This document shows, piece by piece, positions 38,486 to 48,133 of a stretch of 54,580 nucleotides of DNA. Every line of letters begins with the position of its first letter. Within the stretch, counting starts at the first letter, position 1. The translations under genes were made by a program, and so were the position numbers. Under the pieces are notes generated by a model, which ran no database searches, was not told the origin of the DNA, and saw only the letters and a program-made list of their open reading frames with translations. Source of the DNA: an uncultured Rhodospirillaceae bacterium (GTDB lineage: Bacteria; Pseudomonadota; Alphaproteobacteria; MPNO01); assembly GCA_964587515.1 (NCBI GenBank), contig CAZPMO010000008.1, forward strand, positions 1 to 54,580. Direction: 5' to 3'.

Positions 38486-38572
38486 ACCCAGCGGTGACAT
38501 AAGCGGTCATTGTGTAGTGGCGCGTTTCAGGCCAACCTGTCCCTCTGCGAATTCCCATGAAGGGGGACGGTC

Positions 38573-39601
38573 ATGCTGGAGACCACGATCGCCGGAAGTC
38601 TGCCCAAGCCGGCGTGGCTTGCCGAGCCGGAGGCGCTGTGGGTGCCGTGGCGGGTGGCCGACGGCGACGGTCTCGATCAGGCCAAGCGCGATGCGACGCG
38701 GCTAGCGCTGCTGGGACAGGAAGACGCCGGTATCGATATCGTTTCGGATGAGGAACAATCCCGCCAGCACTTCGTCCATGGCTTTCTCGAAGCGGTGGAC
38801 GGGCTCGATTTCGAGAATCGCAAACGGATCGGCATTCGCGCCGACCGCTACGAGGCCGATTGCCCCCGCGTGATCGGGCCGGTCGCGCGCACGCGCTCGG
38901 TCCATGCCGAATTCGCCGCCCATGCGCGGGCCCATACCACAAGGCGCCTGAAATTCACGCTGCCGGGACCGATGACAATTGTCGATACCATCGCCGACGA
39001 GCATTACGGCGACAGAGCGGCGTTGGCGATGGCGTTCGCGGGGCTGCTGAACGACGAGGCCCGCGAACTCGAGGCCGCGGGGGTCGACGTCATCCAGTTC
39101 GATGAACCGGCCTACAATGTCTATATGGACGCCGTCGCGGGTTGGGGCATCGAAAGCCTGGAGCGCGCCATCGAGGGACTTTCCTGCACCACCGCGATTC
39201 ATATCTGCTACGGCTACGGCATCACCGCCAACATCGAATGGAAGGGCGCGCTCGGCGTCGAGTGGCGGCAATATGAAGAGACCTTCCCGGTGCTGGCCCG
39301 CAGCAATATCGATCAGGTCTCGCTGGAATGCATCAATTCCCACGTGCCCATGTCGCTGATCGGACTTCTCGAAGGCAAGGATGTACTGGTCGGCGCCATC
39401 GATGTGGCCACCGACGCGATAGAGACGCCCGAGCAGGTCGCCGCCGTTATCCGCCACGCGATGCAATATGTGCCGGTTGAACATATCCAGCCCTGCACCA
39501 ATTGCGGCATGGTGCCGTTACGCCGCGATGTCGCGCAGGCGAAGCTGCGGGCGCTCAGCGCGGGCGCCGCGATTGTGCGGGACGAGATCGCCGCCGCCTG
39601 A
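38573..39601 (+). CDS. cobalamin-independent methionine synthase (MetE C-terminal domain) family protein
   Basis: 342 aa with TTIAGSLPKP, IQFDEP, HICYGY and PCTNCGM (zinc-ligand positions of the Meth_synt_2 fold). Confidence 0.75.
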   Translation: MLETTIAGSLPKPAWLAEPEALWVPWRVADGDGLDQAKRDATRLALLGQEDAGIDIVSDEEQSRQHFVHGFLEAVDGLDFENRKRIGIRADRYEADCPRVIGPVARTRSVHAEFAAHARAHTTRRLKFTLPGPMTIVDTIADEHYGDRAALAMAFAGLLNDEARELEAAGVDVIQFDEPAYNVYMDAVAGWGIESLERAIEGLSCTTAIHICYGYGITANIEWKGALGVEWRQYEETFPVLARSNIDQVSLECINSHVPMSLIGLLEGKDVLVGAIDVATDAIETPEQVAAVIRHAMQYVPVEHIQPCTNCGMVPLRRDVAQAKLRALSAGAAIVRDEIAAA

Positions 39602-39607
39602 CGCGGG

Positions 39608-40798
39608 TTACCGCCAAAGCTCCCCGCTGGCGATTTCCGCGCCGTCCTTCAGGGCGCGCAGCTTGGCCCACATAATCGAAGGGTGGACGCGGCGGTGGAA
39701 GGGGCCCTGGGCGAAACCGCAATCGGTGCCGCCGATCACGTTCTCGCGCCCGACCAGCCGGGCCAACCGGGTGATGCGTTGGGCGACCAGCTCCGGGTGC
39801 TCGACGATATTGGTGGCGTGGCTGATGACGCCGGGAATCAGGATTTTACCGTCCGGCAGTTTCACGTCTTCCCACACCCGCCATTCATGTTCGTGGCGCG
39901 GATTGGCACCCTCGATCACATAGGCCCCGGCATTTACCTTCAATACCAGATCGACGATGTCCTTTAGCGGCACGTCGGTGGTGTGGGGCCCGGGCCAACT
40001 GCCCCAGCACACGTGATAGCGCACGCGGTCGGCCGGAATGCCGTCGAGCGCCACATTGAGCGCATCCATGTGCAGATCGACCCATTTCCGGTAATCGTCG
40101 AAACTCGCCGGCGGCACCATCCGGTCATAGGTCACCGCGGCGCGCGCATCGTCGACCTGGACGATGAAGCCGGCCTCGACGATGGCGCGGTACTCGTCCC
40201 GCATGGCCTCGGCGATGGCGAAGATCAAATCCTCGTCGGTCTTGTAAAATTCGTTCTTGCGGTCGGGGATCACGCTGGCCGGCGCGGCGACCGGCAGAAA
40301 GCCTTCCTCCACATCGACGGCATCCAGCGCGGCCCGGAAATTCGCGATGTCGCGCTGGATGGCGTCCTGGCCGATATAGGCGATTGGGCCGACGCAAATT
40401 GAATCCGTCTTCACGGTGGTGCGTTCGCCGCTGCGGGTGCCCGCGTCGGCCGCATCGGTCTCCGCGTAGAAATCGGCGAACCGCCGCCGGTCTTCACCCT
40501 GGGCGAAGGGGTCTTCGTCCTCGTCGTCGACCGGGCGGCGCTCGAATCCCGACAGGCGTTCCAGCACATATTGCGACCAGCTTATGGATTTGCCGAATTC
40601 GCCGTCGCTGACCACGTCGATTCCGGTCTCGGCTTGTTGGCGGACGATTTCCGCGACCGACGACGTCAGGCACGACTCATGCGCCGCCGCGTCGTAATCC
40701 GCGCCACCGGCCCGCGCCCGCAGATGGTCCTGCAGCGCCGGCGGTCGGATCAGACTGCCAACATGGGTGGTCAGAATTCTTTCGCTACTTTGTTTCAT
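39608..40798 (-). CDS. cobalamin-independent methionine synthase II (MetE-like) family protein
   Basis: 396 aa with ILTTHVGSLIRP, VQVDD, HVCWG and GGTDCGF. Convergent with the previous gene, 6 bp apart. Confidence 0.7.
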   Translation of the reverse strand: MKQSSERILTTHVGSLIRPPALQDHLRARAGGADYDAAAHESCLTSSVAEIVRQQAETGIDVVSDGEFGKSISWSQYVLERLSGFERRPVDDEDEDPFAQGEDRRRFADFYAETDAADAGTRSGERTTVKTDSICVGPIAYIGQDAIQRDIANFRAALDAVDVEEGFLPVAAPASVIPDRKNEFYKTDEDLIFAIAEAMRDEYRAIVEAGFIVQVDDARAAVTYDRMVPPASFDDYRKWVDLHMDALNVALDGIPADRVRYHVCWGSWPGPHTTDVPLKDIVDLVLKVNAGAYVIEGANPRHEHEWRVWEDVKLPDGKILIPGVISHATNIVEHPELVAQRITRLARLVGRENVIGGTDCGFAQGPFHRRVHPSIMWAKLRALKDGAEIASGELWR

Positions 40799-40864
40799 CG
40801 AACTTGTCCCTGGTTCCGGGCCGCCATTTACTTTGATGCTCGTGGTCTCTGATCGTCAAGAAGA

Positions 40865-40884
40865 GGGGGCCCCGAAGGGCCCCC
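40865..40884 (-). terminator. GC hairpin downstream of the Bug/TctC-like gene
   Basis: gggggccccgaagggccccc. On the minus strand it is followed by UCUUCUU. Confidence 0.5.
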
Positions 40885-40925
40885 AACCGAACAGGTTTTT
40901 TATCCCCGTCGTGCGAAAATGTCGC

Positions 40926-41942
40926 TCACTTGCCGAGGATCGCCTTCTGCGCGGCGCGGACCAGCTCCGGGCTCGCCTTGGCCAGGGTATCACTGACCAC
41001 TTTCTGGACCGTGGCCCCGCTGGCCGCGATCACCCGCAGTTTGCGCTTGGTGGTGTCGGCGATGAATTTGGGATCCGACACCATCTTGGCGAACGCGGCG
41101 CGAAGTTCCGCGATCCGCGCCGGCGGCGTCCCGGCCGGAGCGGCAAGGCCGCGTCCGATCAGCCCCAGGGCGCCGACGAACTGGACGATCTGCCGCGCCT
41201 CGCCCGTGACCTGGTCACGCAGCATCGGCACGTTGGGCAGGTCGGGATCCTTGAAGTGGCCGACCTGAAGGATCGCGCGCGCAAACGGCGGAGAAGCCTT
41301 GAACCAGCGTTCATATTTGGATTTCCAGAACAGCCAGTTGAACGCGGCGCCATTGACCTCGCCCTGTTCCACTGCAAGCCCGGTCTTGGAAGATCCCTTA
41401 TAGCCGGAGATGACCTTCATCTTGGTGCCGGTCAGACCATTCGTCAGGTTGGGGATCAGGAAGGCGGTGGAACCGCGCCCGGTCGCCCCCATGATGACCT
41501 GCTTGTTCTTGAGCTGCTTCCAGTCGGTGATCCCGGTATCGGTGCGCAGCACGACAATCACGTTGGTTTGGTTGGCGGTGCCCAGATAATTGAACTTGCT
41601 CATATCGTACTTGACCTTCCCGCTGAAGATCAGCTGAGCAAGAACGCCTGAATCCAGTGGCACGAACAGGTTCAGCCCGTCCTTCGGCATGACGTTGGCG
41701 GCGTAGTTCATCGCCTTGATCCCGCCGGCGCCCGGCATGGACTGAACGATAAGCTTGGGATTTCCCGCGATATACTTGCCGAGATGCTCGGCGAACATGC
41801 GGGAATATTTTCCGTAGGTGCCGCCGAAACCGAAGCCGATCGTGATCTTGATCTGTTTTCCGGCGTAGAACTGCGCCGATGCGGGCTGTGCGACCAGCAG
41901 CAACGCCAACGCGGCGGTAACGACCTTTATCGTTTTCAACAT
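40926..41942 (-). CDS. Bug/TctC-family periplasmic solute-binding protein (orphan; no TctAB adjacent)
   Basis: Signal peptide MLKTIKVVTAALALLLVAQPASA and the MPGAGG...PKDG pattern. The start is at the internal ATG with a gggaga RBS. Confidence 0.6.
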   Translation of the reverse strand: MLKTIKVVTAALALLLVAQPASAQFYAGKQIKITIGFGFGGTYGKYSRMFAEHLGKYIAGNPKLIVQSMPGAGGIKAMNYAANVMPKDGLNLFVPLDSGVLAQLIFSGKVKYDMSKFNYLGTANQTNVIVVLRTDTGITDWKQLKNKQVIMGATGRGSTAFLIPNLTNGLTGTKMKVISGYKGSSKTGLAVEQGEVNGAAFNWLFWKSKYERWFKASPPFARAILQVGHFKDPDLPNVPMLRDQVTGEARQIVQFVGALGLIGRGLAAPAGTPPARIAELRAAFAKMVSDPKFIADTTKRKLRVIAASGATVQKVVSDTLAKASPELVRAAQKAILGK

Positions 41943-42106
41943 TGTATGTCTCCCATGAAGCAACGCCGTCATCCTATATGCACTCTGAAAGCGAAACCAG
42001 AGGCGAACCCCGGGCGATTTGCGTCGATTGATCCAGGCATCCTAAAATCATCCCCCGAAACGCGATCCGGTCGACGACGTGATCGCGTACCTGGAGGACA
42101 TCCGAC

Positions 42107-42970
42107 ATGGAACCGAGCGCCACCGGCCCCTACCCCTACGAGCCTATCATCGACCGCGCACCGCTGGCCTGGCCGGACGGCGCGCGCATCGCGTTCTGGG
42201 TGGTTCCCAATATCGAGGTTTTCGCGCTCGACGAACGCATGCCCGACGGACCGGGAAAGATTCCCGACGTCTCGTCGTTCGGCAAGCGCGACTACGGCAA
42301 CCGGGTCGCGGTGTTCCGCATGATGGAGGTGATGGAGCGCTTCGGCGTGAAGGGCACGGTGGCGCTGAATTCCGAAGTCTGCGACGCGCATCCCCGCATC
42401 ATCGAGGAATGCGGGCGTCTGGCCTGGGAACTGATGGGCCATTGCGAATCCAATACGCGCCGGCTGAACGATGCGGGGACGGAAGAAGAGGCCGCGTGCA
42501 TCATCCGCGCGACGCTGGACCGCATCGAACAGGCGTGCGGCGCGCGACCGCGCGGCTGGCTCGGCGCCGGGCGCCAGGAAACCTGGAACACACTCGACGT
42601 GCTGGTGGCCGAGGGCTGCGATTACGTGGTCGACTGGGACAATGACGACCAGCCGGTGATGATGGAAGCCGCTGGCAAACCCATCGTCTCGATGCCCTAT
42701 GGCGCGGGCGTCAGCGATCTCCAGGCGTTCAACCTGAATCACTTCACCGCCGATGATTTCGAGAAAATGACCTGCAACGCTTTCGACGTGCTCTATCGCG
42801 AAAGTGAAGAATCAGGCCGGGTCGCGGCGATCTCGCTGCACCCCTTCATCATCGGCGTGCCCCACCGCATCGGCGCGCTGGAACGCGCGCTGGACCATAT
42901 CTGTTCACATGACGGGGTTTGGCTGGCCACCGGATCGCAAATCGTCGATCACTTCAAGGCGGTTACTTGA
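42107..42970 (+). CDS. polysaccharide deacetylase (NodB/PuuE-like) family protein
   Basis: 287 aa. RIAFWVVPNIE, DYGNRVAVFR and SLHPFIIG are typical of PuuE-like deacetylases. The 3' end overlaps convergent dctM by 8 nt. Confidence 0.65.
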   Translation: MEPSATGPYPYEPIIDRAPLAWPDGARIAFWVVPNIEVFALDERMPDGPGKIPDVSSFGKRDYGNRVAVFRMMEVMERFGVKGTVALNSEVCDAHPRIIEECGRLAWELMGHCESNTRRLNDAGTEEEAACIIRATLDRIEQACGARPRGWLGAGRQETWNTLDVLVAEGCDYVVDWDNDDQPVMMEAAGKPIVSMPYGAGVSDLQAFNLNHFTADDFEKMTCNAFDVLYRESEESGRVAAISLHPFIIGVPHRIGALERALDHICSHDGVWLATGSQIVDHFKAVT

Positions 42971-44264
42971 ACAGGATACCCGGTAGCCACAATGCGAGTT
43001 GCGGGAACAGGATCAGCAAGGCGATCAGCACCGCGTCGGCGGCGAGAAACGGGAAAATTCCCTTGAACACCTGGCCCAGCGCCACGTCGGGAAGCTGAGC
43101 CCGGATCACGAAGATATTGAGCCCGACCGGCGGGGTAATCAGCCCGACCTCGACCACCACCACCATCAGGATGCCGTACCACACCGTATCGTAGCCGAGC
43201 GAGACCACCACCGGCAGGAACACCGGCACGGTAACCAGAATGATGGCGACCGATTCGAGCACGCAGCCCAGCACGATATAGAAGGCGAGGATCATCAGGA
43301 TCACCGCCCACGGCGCGAGGCCGAGATACTGGACCACCTCGACCAGCGCGATCGGCAGCCGGGTCTGGACCACGAAATAGGCGAATATCCACGCGCCGAC
43401 GATGATGAACATCAGCATCGCCGTGGTGCGCAGCGTCTCCATCAGGCATTCAATCAGGCCCGGCACCGTAATCTGGCGGCAGGCGAAGGCGATCACGATG
43501 GCGGCGAACGAGGCGATGCCGGCGGCCTCGGTCGGGCTGAACCAGCCGGTATAAATGCCGCCGACCGCAAGCCCGAAAAGCACCACCAGCTTCCACATGG
43601 CTGCCGCCGCGACGATGCGTTCCCTCCATGGCATCTTGTCACTGGCCGGCGCCCATTCCGGTTTGATCCGGGCGATGATCCACACCACGACCACGAACAG
43701 GAAGGCCAGCAGCAGCCCGGGAATCATGCCGGCCGCGAACAGTTGCGGCACCGATTCCTCGGCCGCCAGGGCATAGATCACCATGATGACCGACGGCGGA
43801 ATGAGTATCCCCAGCGTGCCGCCCGCCGCCACCGAACCCGTCGCGAGGCGCTCGTCATAGCCGTAGCGGCGCATCTCGGGCACCGCGATCTTGCTGAACG
43901 TCGCGGCGGTGGCGAGAGAGGATCCGCTGATCGCGGCGAACCCGGCGCAGGCGCCGATGGTCGCCATGGGCAACGCGCCGCGCCGTCCCGCGAAAATCGC
44001 GTTGGCCGCGACGAACAGTTCCTGCGACATGCCCGACCGCGTCGCGACGCTGCCCATCAGGATGAACAGCGGCAGCACCGAAAACGAATAATGGGTCAGG
44101 GTATAGGGCGTCATCCCGAACACGACGAAGGCCTTGTCCCAGCCGTCGATGGCGGCATAGCCGGCCAGCCCGACCAGTCCCATGGCCGCGCCGAGCGGGA
44201 CGCGGGCAAAGGTCATGCACACCAGCACCAGAACGCCGAGCGCGCCGATTACCTGCGGCGTCAT
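42963..44264 (-). CDS. dctM: TRAP transporter large permease
   Basis: 433 aa, polytopic, with 4-nt overlap to dctQ. Confidence 0.88.
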   Translation of the reverse strand: MTPQVIGALGVLVLVCMTFARVPLGAAMGLVGLAGYAAIDGWDKAFVVFGMTPYTLTHYSFSVLPLFILMGSVATRSGMSQELFVAANAIFAGRRGALPMATIGACAGFAAISGSSLATAATFSKIAVPEMRRYGYDERLATGSVAAGGTLGILIPPSVIMVIYALAAEESVPQLFAAGMIPGLLLAFLFVVVVWIIARIKPEWAPASDKMPWRERIVAAAAMWKLVVLFGLAVGGIYTGWFSPTEAAGIASFAAIVIAFACRQITVPGLIECLMETLRTTAMLMFIIVGAWIFAYFVVQTRLPIALVEVVQYLGLAPWAVILMILAFYIVLGCVLESVAIILVTVPVFLPVVVSLGYDTVWYGILMVVVVEVGLITPPVGLNIFVIRAQLPDVALGQVFKGIFPFLAADAVLIALLILFPQLALWLPGILFK

Positions 44265-44746
44265 TTGTCGCGCCCCAGGGCGGTCGAAAGATCGCGCAGG
44301 AAGATCACCACCACGGCGACCAGCGCCAGCGCCATCGCGGCGAAAATAGGAGAGGCTTTCCAGATCGCCGGAATTTGCAGATCGATGGAAATCTCGTTGA
44401 ACTCGATATAGTCCAGCGCCGGCTGGATCATGTGATAGGTGACCAGGAACAGGAAAACCATCGCGCTGAACGTGCCGAACGCGCGTAGCGCATCGACCGT
44501 GCGTTCCGACACCACCTGATCGATCAGCTCGATGGTGATGTGCTGGCCGCGCAGAAAGGCCTCGGGGATCGCCAGGAACGCGACCGCGGCGAGCAGCAGT
44601 TCGATGATTTCGTAAGTGCCGAAGATCGGCGCGTTGAAACCCGAGCGCAGCCCCACGTCGACCACGTTGAGCAGCACCATCGCGACCAGAAAGACCGCGG
44701 CGACGCGGGTAAATAACCGCGCCGCCGCGTTGACGATTGCCGTCAT
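44261..44746 (-). CDS. dctQ: TRAP transporter small permease
   Basis: 161 aa with four TM helices, between dctP and dctM. Confidence 0.82.
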   Translation of the reverse strand: MTAIVNAAARLFTRVAAVFLVAMVLLNVVDVGLRSGFNAPIFGTYEIIELLLAAVAFLAIPEAFLRGQHITIELIDQVVSERTVDALRAFGTFSAMVFLFLVTYHMIQPALDYIEFNEISIDLQIPAIWKASPIFAAMALALVAVVVIFLRDLSTALGRDK

Positions 44747-44762
44747 GGCGAAGTCTTGCCGT

Positions 44763-45803
44763 TTACATCGCCGAGTATTTAGCCGACAGCGCCTTCAGCT
44801 TGTTGTAGACGGCGCGGGCCGGAAGACCCTTCTTTTCGAGACCGGCGATGCGCTGGTCCATGACCCTCACGGCCTGCTTGTGCATTTCCGCGTCGGCCGC
44901 CGGGCTCAGCGGAATGTCCACCAGGTTCGCGGCCTTCATGTATTTCGCGAACTTCGGCGAATCGGCACCCCAGCTCCAGTCGCCCATCTGCACGGCGCTC
45001 TTCTTCGTGCCGAGATCGTCGACCAGGGCCTTGAGATCGCCGGGCAGGCGGTCGTAGGATTTGGGATTGATCACCAGACCGAAGCTGATCGCCGATACGA
45101 ACATCGGCGTGTAGTACTTGATCATGCCGCCGAGCTTGAAGGCGTATACGCCCATCGGATCGGTCACGACGCCGTCGATGGTGCCCTTCTGAAGATTCTC
45201 CGCCATGTGGGTCGCCGGCATGCCGATCGGCAGCGCGCCCAGCGATTTCATCATCGCGACGTCGGTCGGCGTCGGCGCGCGATAACGCCGCCCTTTGAGA
45301 TCGGCGATGCCGCGGATCGGCTTTTTCGAATCGTAGACGCCCGACGGCCGGTTGAACACGATCCACACGGACTTCGCGCCCTTGTGCTCGGGTCCGAAAT
45401 AGTCGGCCTTCATGTCGGCGGCGACCTTGGCGCCGACCAGCGCGCCCTTGGCACCCGGCGGGAACAGATAGGGCGCATGGGTAAGCTCGATCAACGGGAA
45501 GCGTCCGCGCGTTACGCCATGCTGGAAGAACGACATGTCGGCGACGCCGGTGCGGGTAAGGTCGTAATGGCGCGGCATCGGCCCCATGGCGGAGCCGTAA
45601 AAGATTTCCAGCTTCAGCCGGCCGCCTGATTTCGCCGCCACCTCTTTTTTCTTGGTCTCGAACCAGCGCGCGGTCGTGGAATGAACCGACGCGAAATTCG
45701 CGACCTTCAAAGTAATGGATTTCTGGGCCAGGCCCGGTCCGCCGGACAGCGCCAACGTCGCCAATCCCGCCGCGAGCGCGATACTCAGTGATTTCGTGCG
45801 CAT
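44763..45803 (-). CDS. dctP: TRAP transporter substrate-binding protein (DctP family)
   Basis: 346 aa with a signal peptide, first gene of the TRAP operon. Confidence 0.82.
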   Translation of the reverse strand: MRTKSLSIALAAGLATLALSGGPGLAQKSITLKVANFASVHSTTARWFETKKKEVAAKSGGRLKLEIFYGSAMGPMPRHYDLTRTGVADMSFFQHGVTRGRFPLIELTHAPYLFPPGAKGALVGAKVAADMKADYFGPEHKGAKSVWIVFNRPSGVYDSKKPIRGIADLKGRRYRAPTPTDVAMMKSLGALPIGMPATHMAENLQKGTIDGVVTDPMGVYAFKLGGMIKYYTPMFVSAISFGLVINPKSYDRLPGDLKALVDDLGTKKSAVQMGDWSWGADSPKFAKYMKAANLVDIPLSPAADAEMHKQAVRVMDQRIAGLEKKGLPARAVYNKLKALSAKYSAM

Positions 45804-45981
45804 GGATCTTGCTCCCTCTGTTGTTGGTTGGGTCGCGGCATCACGCCGCCAGCCCGGATTTATTTTTTATGCCGCGCCGTGCGCGACATCTGGTCTCTAC
45901 CGGTTACGGTCGGGATTGTGCCATATTATTTCTTGGACTCACAATGCCGTGAGGCCAACGGTCGCACAAAAGGACACCGGG

Positions 45982-47028
45982 ATGGCGACATCATCAGGCG
46001 AAAAACAGGGCCAAGTCAGAGATCAGTTCCACACCGAGATGGACGGCGCGAATGTCTCCGCGTTGTGGGAACGTTACAGCCGGCATGACGCGGACACGCC
46101 GCGCTCCGAACCCGCCTTCATCTGGCCGTGGCGCGACGTGGAGCCGCTGGTCGACCAGGCGGTGCGCGAAACCGGCATGGACACCGCCGAGCGCCGCGTG
46201 ATCCAGATGAACAACCCGCATTTCCCGGGCCAGCCTATCTGCGCGACCACCAACATCAATTGCGGGTTCCAGATCCTTATGCCGGGCGAAGCCGCGCGTC
46301 CCCATCGCCATACCATGAACGCGCTGCGTTTCGTGGTCGAGGACGGCGGCGGCAGCGGCGCGACCATCGTCGACGGCAAACATTGTCCCATGGCGCCGGG
46401 CGACATGATCCTGACCCCGGCCTGGACATGGCACGAACATATCCACGAAGGCGACAGCCGGGTGATCTGGCTGGACGCCCTCGATGTGCCGATCGTCGAT
46501 CATCTCGGCGCCGCGTTCTTCGAGGCCGGCCCGTCCAACGAATATCCGGAAATGACGCCCGACAGCGCCCTGCGCGCGCCGGGGCTGGTGCCGGTCGGAG
46601 CCGAGAAAAGGCCGTATTCGCCGCTGTTCCGCTATCCGTGGACGGATGCGTGCGATGCGCTCGATGCCCAATCGGCGTCGTCCGACGGCGCGCGGCGGTT
46701 GCGCTATACCAACCCGGTCACCGGCGGCGCGGTGATGACGCTGCTCGATTGCTATCTGATCGGTCTCGCCAAGGGCCAGGAGACCGCGCCCTACCGGACG
46801 TCCAGCAACGCCGTCTGTCTGGTGGTCGAGGGCGAGGGCTCATCGCAAATCGGCGAGGAAACCATCGCGTGGGGCAAGAACGACCTCTTCACCCTGCCGC
46901 ACTGGAGCTGGATCACCCATCGCGCCGGCGCCGAAAAGACGCGTCTGTTCCAGATCACCGACCGCGAGGTGCTGCGCCGTCTCGAACTGCTGTGGGACGA
47001 GGGAGACGGGGCGGCGGCGCTGTCCTGA
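45982..47028 (+). CDS. gentisate-1,2-dioxygenase-like bicupin dioxygenase
   Basis: From the ATG at 45982 (MATSSGEK). LMPGEAARPHRHTMNALRFVVEG and TPAWTWHEH are cupin metal motifs. 348 aa. Confidence 0.75.
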   Translation: MATSSGEKQGQVRDQFHTEMDGANVSALWERYSRHDADTPRSEPAFIWPWRDVEPLVDQAVRETGMDTAERRVIQMNNPHFPGQPICATTNINCGFQILMPGEAARPHRHTMNALRFVVEDGGGSGATIVDGKHCPMAPGDMILTPAWTWHEHIHEGDSRVIWLDALDVPIVDHLGAAFFEAGPSNEYPEMTPDSALRAPGLVPVGAEKRPYSPLFRYPWTDACDALDAQSASSDGARRLRYTNPVTGGAVMTLLDCYLIGLAKGQETAPYRTSSNAVCLVVEGEGSSQIGEETIAWGKNDLFTLPHWSWITHRAGAEKTRLFQITDREVLRRLELLWDEGDGAAALS

Positions 47029-47059
47029 CGAAAGCCAAAATCAAAAAGAAAGGCGTGAC

Positions 47060-48132
47060 ATGGAATTCGGAATCCAGTTTTTTCCCGACGTCGGACCCGA
47101 CGAAAAGGCGGCCGATGAGTATTGGCGCGAATCGCTCGACCTGGTCGGGCTGTGCGACGAACTCGACTACACCCATGTGCGCACCGTCGAGCATTATTTT
47201 CATCGCTATGGCGGCTATTCCACCAACCCGGTGGTGTTCCTCGCCGCCGCCTCGCAGCGCACGAAGAAGGCCCGGCTGATCACCGGCGCGATCCTGCCGG
47301 TATTCAACAATCCGCTGAAGGTGGCCGGCGAGATCGGCATGCTGGACGCGATTTCGGACGGGCGGCTGGAAATCGGCTTCGCGCGCGCGTTCCTGCCGCA
47401 CGAGTTCCGAAAATGGGGCCGCTCGCTCGACGAAAGCCGGCGATCGAGGGCTTTCAGCCGCCCTGGCAGATCCGCCGCCTGCTGGAGGAAGAGAACGTCA
47501 CCAGCGAGGGCGAATTCCACGCCTTCCGGAACGTGACCTCGCTGCCGCGCCCGACCCAGAGCCCGCGTCCCCGGTTCTGGTTCGCCGCGACCTCGACCGA
47601 TCAGTCCTTCATCAACGCCGGCGCGGGCGGTCACGGGCTGATGACATTCCCGCGCGACCCCGAAGGGCTGCGCGAGAAGATCACGCTTTATCGCGATTCG
47701 TGGCGCGGCGCCGGCCATCCCGGCGACGGCGAGGTGATGATCGCCTTCCACATGTATTGCGCGCCGACCCGCGAGAAGGCGCACGCCGTCGCCCGCGACC
47801 GGCTCAACGCCTATCTGGCCTCGCAGTACGAGGCCGCCAGCGACTGGGCCAGCGGCACCACGTCGAAGGATTACCCGTCGCATCCCAAGCTGACCGAGGC
47901 GCTGGGGCGCGCCAACTTCGACGCGAAAATCGCCGACGGCTCGTGCTGGGCCGGCACGCCCGACGAAATCCGCGGCATGATCCGGCAATATAACGATGCG
48001 GTCGGCGGCTTCGACGTGGCCTCGGTGCAGGTCAATTTCCACATCATGGAACAGGCCGACGCGGTGGCCTCCATGCGGCTGTTCGCCGAGGAAGTGATGC
48101 CCGAGTTCGCCGCCGAAACGATACCCGCCTGA
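47060..48132 (+). pseudogene. LLM-class (luciferase-like) flavin-dependent oxidoreductase interrupted by a 1-nt frameshift near 47436-47443
   Basis: The N-terminal 125 or so residues (MEFGIQFFPD...GFARAFLPHEFRKWG) are in the 47060 frame. The rest (IEGFQPPWQIRRLLEEENVTSEG...EEVMPEF) is in the 47122 frame. The junction lies at gaaagccggcgatcgag. Confidence 0.75.
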
Positions 48133-48133
48133 C

